From Quinella sp. 1Q7 (GTDB lineage: Bacteria > Bacillota > Negativicutes > Selenomonadales > Selenomonadaceae), in the NCBI GenBank assembly GCA_015206805.1, contig JADEZP010000001.1:219-64218 (forward strand): a stretch of 64,000 nt of DNA, given 5' to 3'. The position numbers and the translations under genes are program-made. Below the pieces are notes generated by a model, which was not told the DNA's origin, ran no database searches, and worked only from the letters and a program-made list of their open reading frames with translations. The first letter of the stretch is position 1. Every line of letters starts with the position of its first letter. Below are positions 15,586-24,363 of this stretch, piece after piece.

Positions 15586-17928
15586 ATGAAAATTAAAGTC
15601 CCCGATTCAATGCTGAACGTCTGGCTCGCGGCAATGGCGGCGGGCGTTCTTTTTATGGAGCATTTCCAAAGGACGCCGCAATTTTTAATCGGAGCTTGTG
15701 CGGCGGCGACGGCTGTCGGATTGTTGGCGACGTGGCGGCGGAAAAATTTCACGGCGTGGATTGTCGTGCCGATAATTTTTTTCGCGCTCGGAGGCTGGAG
15801 ATTTTTCGCGGTCGACAATCTGCCGCAAGACGACGTGTCGAAATTCGCGGGACAACAAATTTTCGTTACGGGCACAATCCGCGACGAGCCGCAGTCGAAA
15901 ATTTTGCCGAACGGTATGCGGCAGATAAGATTCGTCGTCGACGCACAGGCCGCCAAACTCAACGGCGCACTGCAAAAAATTTCGGGTGGATTAATCGTCA
16001 CGTTCTACCCGAAGTCCGACGAACTGCCGACGGCGCGAATCGGAGACAAAATTTCCGTGAGCGGCAACCTGCGACTAATCAGCAATTACAAAAATCCGGG
16101 GCAGATTGATTCGGTCACGCGCATGAAGGCTGACGGCATTACGGCGCGACTTTCGGCGGGCAAACAAGGCGTCGCGATTGAGGCTGTCGACGGCGGGCTG
16201 TGGACGAAATTTTTACGGCTCGTCGCGACGATTCGTCAACACTACCGCGCGGCAATGGCGCAGGTTATGTCGACTCAAGACGCGGCGGCAATTTTCGCAA
16301 TGCTGTTCGGCGGCTATGCGGGGCTCAATCCCGAATTGGTCGAGGACTTCGCGACGACGGGCATAATCCACATCTTATCGGTCAGCGGCTCGCACATGAG
16401 CATGTTATCGTTTGTAGTCGCCGCAGTGTGCAAATTGGGACGATTTCCGCGCTGTGTGACGTTCGCGGTCGGAGTGTTCGTTATCGGCACGTATGCATTG
16501 TTGAGCGGACTTTTGCCGCAGGTCATGCGTTCGGCGTCAATGGGTGCGCTGGTATTTTTCGCAAAAACACTCGACGCGGAGGCTGAAGGCGCACGGCTCC
16601 TGACGTTGACGGCGTTGGCAATGCTGTTCAATCAACCGTTGTTGATTTTCGACGTGAGCTTCCAATTAAGCTTTACGTCGACGGCGGGGCTGATGTATTT
16701 GTCGGAGGATTTGCGGCGGACAATGGAGCGTTTGCCGAAATTTTTCGCAGAAGCGGCGACAATGACGATTGCCGCGCAGGTCGCAAGCTTGCCGATTGTC
16801 GTATGGTATTTCAACCGAATTTCGTTGAGTGCCGTCCTTGCAAATGCGTTCGTAATGCCGCTGTTGGAAATTGTGATTGTCGGCGGACTTTTGGGCGGAA
16901 TAATCGCGGTCGTGCCGATTGTCGGGAAAATTTTTTTCGCGTGCCTTGCAATGACATTCGGACTTGGCGCGGAGCTGAATCGGGTTTTCGCACGACTGCC
17001 GCTAAGTTCGGTGCAGGTGCCGACGTTGGGATTCGCGGCGGGATTTTTTTATTACGTCGCGCTGATTTTGCGTCGCCCGATAATTTTGCCGCTGATAATC
17101 CTGTTGCCGTTATTGAGCGGTTTACGTCCGAGCGGCGGGCTTGAAGTGAGTTTCGTCGACGTCGGGCAGGGCGATTGCGCAGTCGTCGTCACGCCGCACG
17201 GTAAGTGCATGATTTTCGACACGGGCGGCGTCCGCGAACGGATGTTCGACGTCGGCGGGCGAGTGGTCGTCCCGTATCTCAAGCACGAAAATATTCGCGC
17301 GGTCGACAAAATTTTTCTGACGCACGTGCACGAAGATCACGCGGGCGGCGCAGGTTCCGTGATAAAAAATTTTCCCGTCGGCGAGGTCGTCACGGGCAAC
17401 GAGGGTCGCGCGGAATATGCGGCGGTCTTCGGCATTGCGCAGGAACATTTGCCGAATATGCGGGCAGGTCACGCGGGCGAGGTCATCGACGTTGACGGCG
17501 TGCAGGTCGAAATTTTATTCGCGCCGACAGTCGGCAGCGGCAACGAAATTTCCAACGTCTACCGAATCCGATATGGCGACGTGACTTTTCTGATAACGGG
17601 CGATTTGGTCACGGACATGGAGTCGCAGATTTTGGCGGCGGGCGTCGACGTTAAAAGCACCGTGCTCAAGGTCGGTCACCACGGCAGCGCGACGAGCTCA
17701 AGCGAAAAATTTCTGCGCGCCGTCAATCCAAGTTGCGCCGTGATTTGCGTCGGCTACGGAAATACTTTCGGTCACCCCCGCGCCGAAGTTTTGGAGCGGC
17801 TTGAAAATTTGCCGACGAAAATTTTCCGCACAGATCGCGACGGCTTAATCACCTTCCGCACCGACGGCAAAACCTTGCGAGTCGAAACCTTCGTGCAGGC
17901 AGGAAAATCGGGTAACGCGACAAATTAA
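15586..17928 (+). CDS. comEC: DNA internalization competence protein ComEC/Rec2
   Basis: Polytopic competence domain followed by a metallo-beta-lactamase domain (FLTHVHEDHAGG, KVGHHGS). ATG 15586 behind a GAGG SD. Confidence 0.9.
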   Translation: MKIKVPDSMLNVWLAAMAAGVLFMEHFQRTPQFLIGACAAATAVGLLATWRRKNFTAWIVVPIIFFALGGWRFFAVDNLPQDDVSKFAGQQIFVTGTIRDEPQSKILPNGMRQIRFVVDAQAAKLNGALQKISGGLIVTFYPKSDELPTARIGDKISVSGNLRLISNYKNPGQIDSVTRMKADGITARLSAGKQGVAIEAVDGGLWTKFLRLVATIRQHYRAAMAQVMSTQDAAAIFAMLFGGYAGLNPELVEDFATTGIIHILSVSGSHMSMLSFVVAAVCKLGRFPRCVTFAVGVFVIGTYALLSGLLPQVMRSASMGALVFFAKTLDAEAEGARLLTLTALAMLFNQPLLIFDVSFQLSFTSTAGLMYLSEDLRRTMERLPKFFAEAATMTIAAQVASLPIVVWYFNRISLSAVLANAFVMPLLEIVIVGGLLGGIIAVVPIVGKIFFACLAMTFGLGAELNRVFARLPLSSVQVPTLGFAAGFFYYVALILRRPIILPLIILLPLLSGLRPSGGLEVSFVDVGQGDCAVVVTPHGKCMIFDTGGVRERMFDVGGRVVVPYLKHENIRAVDKIFLTHVHEDHAGGAGSVIKNFPVGEVVTGNEGRAEYAAVFGIAQEHLPNMRAGHAGEVIDVDGVQVEILFAPTVGSGNEISNVYRIRYGDVTFLITGDLVTDMESQILAAGVDVKSTVLKVGHHGSATSSSEKFLRAVNPSCAVICVGYGNTFGHPRAEVLERLENLPTKIFRTDRDGLITFRTDGKTLRVETFVQAGKSGNATN

Positions 17929-17992
17929 ATGCACCAACGCACACATCAATCGGACGCATTAAACTTTGTCGCTTTCCGAAGGAGGAATTATC

Positions 17993-19108
17993 GTGAGCGA
18001 ACTTACCAGACGCGGCTTCATCAAATTGGCGGGAGTCGCAGCGGCTGTTACTGCCCTGCCGAATTACGTCAGCGCGGCTAATGAACGGGAGGTAACCGAC
18101 ATGAGTAAAAAAGTTGTTCCCGGTACCGGCGGGAATCATTATGTGCCGTACAATCAGCGCAAAGGTCCGGAGGCGTTCGTTTATTTCACGCGTGACCTTT
18201 CGGCTAATGGACTGGTTAAAATATTCGACCGCGTGAAGGGCGTGCTTGCGGGTAAAGTCGCGGTTAAGCTCCACACGGGCGAACCGCACGGTCCGAATAT
18301 TATTCCGCGCCCGTGGGTAAAGGAACTCATTGCGTCCCGTCTGCCCGATGCTTCGATAATAGAGACGAACACTTACTACGACGGCGGGCGGTACAATACG
18401 GCGGATCATCGTAAAACGCTCAACGTAAACGGCTGGACTTTCTGCCCCGTCGACATTATCGACGAAGGCGGGACGACGTTGCTTCCCGTGCCGAACGGCA
18501 AATGGTTTACCGAAATGTCCATGGGCAAAGACATCGTGAATTATGATTCGTTCCTTGCCCTGACTCACTTCAAAGGTCACACAATGGGCGGCTTCGGCGG
18601 CTCGGACAAAAATATCGGTATCGGTTGCGCCGACGGACGAATCGGCAAAAAATGGATACACACCGCCGAAGGTCAAGGGCAGTGGAGCATTGCCACGGAA
18701 GAATTTATGGAACGCATGACCGAATCCACAAAGGCAATTACGACGTATTTCGCGCATAAAATCGCCTTTATCAACGTGTTGCGCAACATGAGCGTTTCGT
18801 GCGACTGCGAAGGAACGGCCGCCGCGCCCGTCGTAACTCCAAACATCGGTATCGTCGCGTCCCTCGATATTCTTGCGGCGGATCAAGCGTCGGTGGATTT
18901 AGTTTACGCTCTGCCGCCGTCAGCTCGTCACGACCTTGTTGAGCGCATTGAAAGTCGGCACGGACTCCGTCAGCTGTCGTACATGAAGGAAATCGGCATG
19001 GGCAACGACCGTTATCACTTGATAGACATTGACAACGGCGACGCGGAAATTTCAGCGTCGGACGCCGTAAAAGGTATCGGCGGCAAATGGGTTTCCGACG
19101 GTCAATAA
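17993..19108 (+). CDS. DUF362 domain protein with twin-arginine (Tat) signal
   Basis: GTG 17993 after an AAGGAGG SD. Tat motif in SELTRRGFIKLAGVAAAVTALP. The body resembles DUF362 (HTGEPHG, THFKGH, SCDCEG). Confidence 0.6.
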   Translation: MSELTRRGFIKLAGVAAAVTALPNYVSAANEREVTDMSKKVVPGTGGNHYVPYNQRKGPEAFVYFTRDLSANGLVKIFDRVKGVLAGKVAVKLHTGEPHGPNIIPRPWVKELIASRLPDASIIETNTYYDGGRYNTADHRKTLNVNGWTFCPVDIIDEGGTTLLPVPNGKWFTEMSMGKDIVNYDSFLALTHFKGHTMGGFGGSDKNIGIGCADGRIGKKWIHTAEGQGQWSIATEEFMERMTESTKAITTYFAHKIAFINVLRNMSVSCDCEGTAAAPVVTPNIGIVASLDILAADQASVDLVYALPPSARHDLVERIESRHGLRQLSYMKEIGMGNDRYHLIDIDNGDAEISASDAVKGIGGKWVSDGQ

Positions 19109-19123
19109 TCGGGAGGCTTTCAC

Positions 19124-20323
19124 ATGAGCAGATTTAAATGGTTGAAGCGTTTCGCGGCAACCGCAACCGCCTTGGCTTTATGCGTTATGCCCGTGCTTGG
19201 CGAAAGTGCAAAAGCTGAATCCGACAAGCCCATCGTGCTCAAAACTATGGGAAGTCTTCTTTTCGGCGGAACGGTCACGCAAAAGGATAACGGCGAAACT
19301 TTTCACGGCGACCACGGCTACGCTCAATTTTATATTCCGCTCCGCTCACGGACATACCCGATTATTTTGTGGCACGGAATAGGACAATCCGGTCGAAGCT
19401 TTGAATCAACGCCTGACGGCAGGGAAGGTTATCAAGCGATACTGCCGCGCCGCGATTGGTCAATCTATATCATCGACCAGCCGAGACGCGGTCGGGCAGG
19501 ACGCACCGAATCCAAAATGCCCGAAGGAAATATTCCGACGACGACACGCGAAAGCGGCGTATGGAATGCCTTTCGCATGGGACGTTGGACTCCGCCCGAT
19601 AACGCGAAACTTTTTAAGGGCGTACAGTTGCCGCACGACGGCTACACGATAGATCAATTCATGCGCCAACAGACCTGCGACACGGGCGAATTGCCGCTGA
19701 CAGATGAGTATCGGCACTTCATAGGCAATACGATGAAATCACTGCTTGAGGAAACGGGTCCCGCGATTTTGCTCACTCACTCTTACGCAGGGCAATTCGG
19801 TTGGGAAACGGGTATTCTTGCGCCGGAACTTGTCAAAGCCATTGTTGCTTACGAACCGGGACAACACGTCTTCCCCGAAGGCGATAACGCCGAGGAAGTT
19901 TTCACGACGAATCCCGACGTGGCAAAAAATTTGGCACTTCAAATTGTCACGGATGCCGAGTTTGATAATCTTACGAAAATGCCAATCCTGCTGATATACG
20001 GCGACAACATCAGAAATGAGCCGAGCGAAGTTTTTAACGAGGAAGTTTGGCGCGTTTCATTGGCAAATGCCAAGCAATTCGTTGACGCGGTAAATCGTCG
20101 CGGCGGAGACGCCACGCTGATTTGTCTGCCGGATATGGGCATATACGGCAATACCCACGCGGCTTTCGCCGACACAAACAATCTGGAAATCGCCGACATC
20201 ATGGAACGATGGCTCAAGCAAAAAGGTCTTGACGGACGCAAAAATCCGCACAAGGGACCGCAAAAGCCCGCCCTTGATGTGTCAATCCCGCTGGACGAAA
20301 TTCCGATATCCCCGAACGATTAA
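19124..20323 (+). CDS. secreted alpha/beta hydrolase
   Basis: Signal peptide MSRFKWLKRFAATATALALCVMPVLGESAKA. Nucleophile-elbow-like LLTHSYAGQFG. GGGAGG SD. Confidence 0.6.
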   Translation: MSRFKWLKRFAATATALALCVMPVLGESAKAESDKPIVLKTMGSLLFGGTVTQKDNGETFHGDHGYAQFYIPLRSRTYPIILWHGIGQSGRSFESTPDGREGYQAILPRRDWSIYIIDQPRRGRAGRTESKMPEGNIPTTTRESGVWNAFRMGRWTPPDNAKLFKGVQLPHDGYTIDQFMRQQTCDTGELPLTDEYRHFIGNTMKSLLEETGPAILLTHSYAGQFGWETGILAPELVKAIVAYEPGQHVFPEGDNAEEVFTTNPDVAKNLALQIVTDAEFDNLTKMPILLIYGDNIRNEPSEVFNEEVWRVSLANAKQFVDAVNRRGGDATLICLPDMGIYGNTHAAFADTNNLEIADIMERWLKQKGLDGRKNPHKGPQKPALDVSIPLDEIPISPND

Positions 20324-20354
20324 GTTTGAGCGTTGAGCCTGTCGCAAAAAATTC

Positions 20355-20383
20355 TTGAATTCGCCGCGACGCGGTGCTATTAT
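20355..20383 (+). promoter_or_regulatory. sigma70-like promoter of fucO-like gene (TTGAAT-17 nt-TATTAT)
   Basis: TTGAAT 20355-20360, 17-nt spacer, TATTAT 20378-20383. Lies about 40 nt upstream of the start codon. Confidence 0.5.
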
Positions 20384-20421
20384 GCCTGCAGGTTATGTGT
20401 AACGATTTGGGAGGAATTTTC

Positions 20422-21573
20422 ATGGTCAACAGAATCATCTTGAACGAAACGTCGTATTTCGGACCCGGTGCGATTAAAGAAATTCCCGCCGAAATTCGCG
20501 GTCGCACCTGCAAGAAAGTCATGCTCGTCACCGACAAAGCCCTGCTCAAGTTCAAAGTCGCGACGAAAGTCACGGAGCTTTTGGCGGCGGAAGGCATCGA
20601 CTTCGAAATTTACGACAACGTCAAAGCCAATCCGACAATCGAAAACGTTCAAAGCGGAGTCGAATTCTGCAAACGTTGCGGCGCGGACATCATCGTTGCA
20701 GTCGGAGGCGGCTCGGCAATCGACACGAGCAAGGCAATCGCAATCATTATGACAAACCCCGAATTTGCCGACGTGCGCAGTCTTGAAGGCGTCGCGCCGA
20801 CAAAAAACAAATGCTTGCCGATTATCGCCGTCTCCACGACATCGGGAACTGCCGCCGAAGTCACGATTAACTACGTCATAACCGACGTTGAGCGCAACCG
20901 CAAATTCGTCTGCGTCGACCCGAAAGATATTCCCGTTGTCGCGATTGTCGATTCGGAAATGTGCGCCTCCATGCCGCCGAAACTTTGCGCCGCCACGGGT
21001 ATGGACGCGCTCGTTCACGCGATTGAAGGTTACATCACCAAAGGCGCGTGGGAGCTTACGGATATGGTGCACCTCAAGGCGATTGAAATTATTTCCAAAA
21101 ATCTGCGCCGTTCCGTCAAAGGCGACCCCGTCGGGCGTGAGCAAATGGCACTCGGTCAATATATCGCGGGCATGGGCTTTTCAAACGTCGGGCTCGGTAT
21201 CGATCACTCAATGGCGCACCCGTTGAGCGCGGTTTACGACATTCCGCACGGCACGGCTTGCGCGATTTTGCTTGCACCCGTGCTGAAGTTCAACGCTCCC
21301 GCAACCGCTGAACGTTACCGCGAAATTGCGCGGGCAATGGGCGTCGCGGGCGTCGACGATATGACGCAGGACGAATACCGCGCCGCCGCCATTGACGCCG
21401 TCGCCAAACTTAGCGCGGACGTCGGCATTCCTACGAAACTTTCCGAACTCGGCGTCAAGGCGGAGGACATCGACTTTTTGGCGGAGTCGGCTCTTGCGGA
21501 CGCCTGCACGCCCGGCAATCCCCGCGACGTGACTAAGGAACAAATCGCCGAAATTTATCGCTCAATCTTCTAA
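20422..21573 (+). CDS. fucO: iron-containing alcohol dehydrogenase, lactaldehyde reductase-like
   Basis: 383 aa from MVNRIILNETSYFG. Colinear with E. coli FucO over its whole length, with long stretches identical (NPEFADVRSLEG, TAAEVTINYVITD, RKFVCVDP, HAIEGYIT.GAW.LTD, MALGQY.AGMGFSNVGLG). GGGAGG SD. Confidence 0.85.
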   Translation: MVNRIILNETSYFGPGAIKEIPAEIRGRTCKKVMLVTDKALLKFKVATKVTELLAAEGIDFEIYDNVKANPTIENVQSGVEFCKRCGADIIVAVGGGSAIDTSKAIAIIMTNPEFADVRSLEGVAPTKNKCLPIIAVSTTSGTAAEVTINYVITDVERNRKFVCVDPKDIPVVAIVDSEMCASMPPKLCAATGMDALVHAIEGYITKGAWELTDMVHLKAIEIISKNLRRSVKGDPVGREQMALGQYIAGMGFSNVGLGIDHSMAHPLSAVYDIPHGTACAILLAPVLKFNAPATAERYREIARAMGVAGVDDMTQDEYRAAAIDAVAKLSADVGIPTKLSELGVKAEDIDFLAESALADACTPGNPRDVTKEQIAEIYRSIF

Positions 21574-23676
21574 CCGACACATCACGCAATAAAAAATCCC
21601 GTCGCTCGATTGAACGGCGGGAATTTTTTTACTTGAAGCGGATTTGCAGGTTGAGGTCGATGAAGAATTCTGTGCCCCCCCCCAGTCAACTTCGGGGTAA
21701 ACAGTGGCGAACGTGTGTTTACGAGTGTCGGGCGTCTCCAAGCGCGTTTCGTTGAGCAGGTAAGTCTCAAAGTCGTCGTGATTCTGCAACGGGTACAGCA
21801 CGATGTCGGCATTGCGCTTGACGACGATACAACCGCCGCTCGCCTCGATTCGACCGTTCCAAACTTCGGCGGGACGCAAACCCAATGCGACGTTGCGCAG
21901 AAATTTTTTGATGTTGACGCGGTAAAAATTCTTGACGCCGACTTTGAGCGGGTCGACATCTTCAAGTCGCGTCGCAAGTTCGGAGCAACCGCTGATTCGT
22001 TCGACGTAAAACAGCTTGACCATTTCGCCGAGGATTCTGCCCATTTTCGAATCAATCAGGCGCAGATTGTTCGCGAAGGTCGAATTTTTTACCGCGACGA
22101 ACTCCAGCCGCTCAATCCGGCTCAAGCGGTCGATAATCTTCGTGCGCGTGTCGATGGCGTTGATTTTTTCGGCAAGCGCGGAATTCACGCCGACGGCTCG
22201 AAATCTGAAATTCGTCGCGCCCGAAGCGTTGAACAGCGTCGGCTTGCCGCCAACGTAAGATTTAATCGAGTAACCGACGGGCTTATCGGAATCGGTCGGC
22301 GCGTCGCGAATCGTCAGCTCAATGTCGGACTTCCTGTCGGAGGGCGATTTAATCGTCTCCAAGCCGAGCACGTCCAAAATATCCGTCGCGCCGTGAATTT
22401 CAAACGCATGACCTTTGCCGCGCCGTATGCCGTCCAAAATCGTATCCGCCATTGCCGCAAGGTCGTCGGCGGAAATTTTTTTTATGCGGTCGCCGTCCCG
22501 ATACAGCGTGACGAAATTTTTCAGCCGCCGCAGTTCCAACGCGGAATGATTTTTGTAAGCGCAACGGGCTTGCATGACGGGCAGTCGCCGAATTTTCCCG
22601 TCAATCACGTTCGTAATCGCGCCGTCGGCAATCAGCCGCAACAGCACGTAAAATTCGCTCCACTCGCCCTTGTTGTACGCCATTGGTTCAAGCACGCTCC
22701 TTATTTCGGCGGCAATAGCCTCGACGACGTTAATCGACACGGTGTTGCCGAATTGCCTGTACAAATGCGTGTCGCTCAAGCTCAAGCGGAAGTCGTCGGG
22801 GAAGCCCTGAAGTCGCGCCCACTCTCGCGGCGTCAGCTTGCGGATATTTTCGTCGTTAATCGCGCCGTGAATTTTCGTCGTCGGAATTTTTGAATGAGCT
22901 CGCGCATCGACAATCAAGTTTCGTTCGCGCCCCATGCCGCCGCAGACGAGAGCACTTGCCACGCCGTCAAGCGATTTAATTTCGTAGCCGAAGCCGTTGC
23001 CCGCCGCCTCGTGCCGTTGACGGTGTCGGCGCAGTGTCGCAAGATAAACGTCGCTCAAATAATATTTCGCGGGTATCGGCGCGGCGTCGATTATGTCGGC
23101 GATTGTGCTGACTTCGCGATTCGGCGCGGGGAACGTAAATTTTTCGGGCGCGATGTCTCGGCGGAAGCAGACGATATAAATCCGTTCGCGATTTTGCGGC
23201 AAGCCGAAGTCCCGACTGTTCAAGACCGCGTGAAAAATTTTGTAGCCGATTTGCTCAAAAGCCGCGCATATGATTTTGAACGTGCGCCCTCCGTCGTGAT
23301 TGACCAGCCCTTTGACGTTCTCGCAGAAAATTATTTTCGGCTTGTGATAATCGCAAATTCTCACGACGTCCAAAAACAATGTGCCGCGACAGGTGCCGTG
23401 ATAATCGTCGTCGAAGCCGCCGCGTTTGCCCGCGATTGAAAACGCTTGGCACGGGAAGCCCGCCAAACATATATCGAACGGCGGAATGTCCTCGGCGGCA
23501 ATTTGCGTGATGTCGCCTTCAATCGTGATGTCGGCAGGAAAATTTTCGGCGTAAGTCGCGCGGGCGTGAGCGTCAATCTCGCTGACGAAAACCGTTTGCG
23601 CGTCGTCAAAGGCACGCTCGAAGCCCAGCCGTATGCCGCCGATCCCCGCGAACAAGTCAATCATTTTGCAGGTCAA
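21562..23676 (-). CDS. single ORF encoding a DNA (cytosine-5) methyltransferase (aa 1-~331) and an HpaII-family restriction endonuclease (from Met332 at 22683); REase C-terminus is frameshifted at a G9 tract
   Basis: m5C MTase motifs DLFAGIGG, GFPCQAFS, ENVKGL, QNRERIY and FGNTVS. Then MAYNKGEWSEFYVLLRLIADG, typical of the R.HpaII N-terminus, with an internal AAGGAG 13 nt before Met332. After the G9 tract the +1 frame reads GTEFFIDLNLQIRFK-stop (stop at 21629-21631), which looks like the native end. Confidence 0.75.
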   Translation of the reverse strand: MTCKMIDLFAGIGGIRLGFERAFDDAQTVFVSEIDAHARATYAENFPADITIEGDITQIAAEDIPPFDICLAGFPCQAFSIAGKRGGFDDDYHGTCRGTLFLDVVRICDYHKPKIIFCENVKGLVNHDGGRTFKIICAAFEQIGYKIFHAVLNSRDFGLPQNRERIYIVCFRRDIAPEKFTFPAPNREVSTIADIIDAAPIPAKYYLSDVYLATLRRHRQRHEAAGNGFGYEIKSLDGVASALVCGGMGRERNLIVDARAHSKIPTTKIHGAINDENIRKLTPREWARLQGFPDDFRLSLSDTHLYRQFGNTVSINVVEAIAAEIRSVLEPMAYNKGEWSEFYVLLRLIADGAITNVIDGKIRRLPVMQARCAYKNHSALELRRLKNFVTLYRDGDRIKKISADDLAAMADTILDGIRRGKGHAFEIHGATDILDVLGLETIKSPSDRKSDIELTIRDAPTDSDKPVGYSIKSYVGGKPTLFNASGATNFRFRAVGVNSALAEKINAIDTRTKIIDRLSRIERLEFVAVKNSTFANNLRLIDSKMGRILGEMVKLFYVERISGCSELATRLEDVDPLKVGVKNFYRVNIKKFLRNVALGLRPAEVWNGRIEASGGCIVVKRNADIVLYPLQNHDDFETYLLNETRLETPDTRKHTFATVYPEVDWGGAQNSSSTSTCKSASSKKIPAVQSSDGIFYCVMCRLED
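21576..21630. terminator. conserved intergenic element copy 1: ACATCACGCAATAAAAAATCCC plus hairpin plus T-run (bidirectional terminator)
   Basis: GACACATCACGCAATAAAAAATCCC, then hairpin TCCCGTCGCTCGATTGAACGGCGGGA, then T7. Lies between convergent fucO and the REase gene. Confidence 0.6.
21675..21683 (-). repeat. homopolymeric G9 tract (C9 on plus strand) inside the REase 3' end
   Basis: Counted directly: tgtg-ccccccccc-agtc. G10 or G7 would restore the native-looking C-terminus. G9 gives a 38-aa nonsense extension running through the terminator into the fucO end. Confidence 0.9.
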
Positions 23677-24107
23677 CGCGCCGACACCTCCGATTTTTTA
23701 CGGGCGACGGTCTCCGCGACAATCCGCACGCACTCATCAAGGTTGCGCATGATTTCGCGCCCGAAAAATCGCAAAACCGTCCAGCCCTCCGCCGCAAGCC
23801 GTGCGTTGACTTCGCGGTCGCGGGCAATGTTGCGCTCAATTTTCGGTATCCAAAAATCTTGGCGGCTCTTGAAGTCGTGCTTGCGTCGTTCCCAATCGTA
23901 ACCGTGCCAAAATTCCGAATCGCAGAACACGGCAATTTTCAGCCGCAGAAAAACGACGTCTGGGCAACCGAAGATTGAGCGGACATTTTTCCTGTAGCGC
24001 AAGCCCGCGTGCCACAGTGCCCGCCGCAATCGCAATTCAATCTGCGAATCTTTGTTGCGGACGTGTTGCATATTTTTGCGCCGTTGAGCGGGTGTAAGTC
24101 TGTCCAT
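23673..24107 (-). CDS. vsr: very short patch repair (Vsr) endonuclease
   Basis: Motifs RRKNMQHVRNKDSQIELRLRRALW, DVVF, AVFCDSEFWHG and GW.VLRFF. ATG 24107 is 8 nt after a GGGAGG SD. The stop overlaps the methylase ATG (ATGA). Confidence 0.85.
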   Translation of the reverse strand: MDRLTPAQRRKNMQHVRNKDSQIELRLRRALWHAGLRYRKNVRSIFGCPDVVFLRLKIAVFCDSEFWHGYDWERRKHDFKSRQDFWIPKIERNIARDREVNARLAAEGWTVLRFFGREIMRNLDECVRIVAETVARKKSEVSAR

Positions 24108-24322
24108 CGAATACACCTCCCGACGCGAATTATACCGGCGTGCAAAAAAATTTTCCGGTCACCGGCAGTGCCGAGCACCGTTGACTTGATGTCGCGGCAA
24201 CGTGACGTTGCATCCAATGTTCGCGCCGCGACATTTCGACGCTCGTAAGTAATCGCCGCGCTTTAATGTCGCGAAAAAATTTTTGCCTGTCGTTGACTGC
24301 GGCAGATTTTTTTTTTGCGCTG

Positions 24323-24331
24323 TGTTATAAT
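24323..24331 (+). promoter_or_regulatory. extended -10 element (TGTTATAAT) upstream of waaA-lpxK
   Basis: TG-T-TATAAT at 24323-24331. No good -35. A T10 tract (24307-24316) lies just upstream. Confidence 0.3.
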
Positions 24332-24363
24332 CAATGAAATTTTTGTGCAGAGGAGCGCATTCA

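Noticed and set aside
12831-16001. Minus-strand ORFs 12831..13505, 14119..14820 and 15078..16001.
   Set aside because: They are antisense to the kinase end, the Zorya-like genes and the comEC start. They are rich in R/F/K derived from AAAATTTT-type runs and have no motifs.
21715-23439. Plus-strand ORFs 21715..22893 (392 aa) and 22894..23439 (181 aa).
   Set aside because: They are antisense to the methylase-endonuclease ORF, whose motifs are unmistakable.
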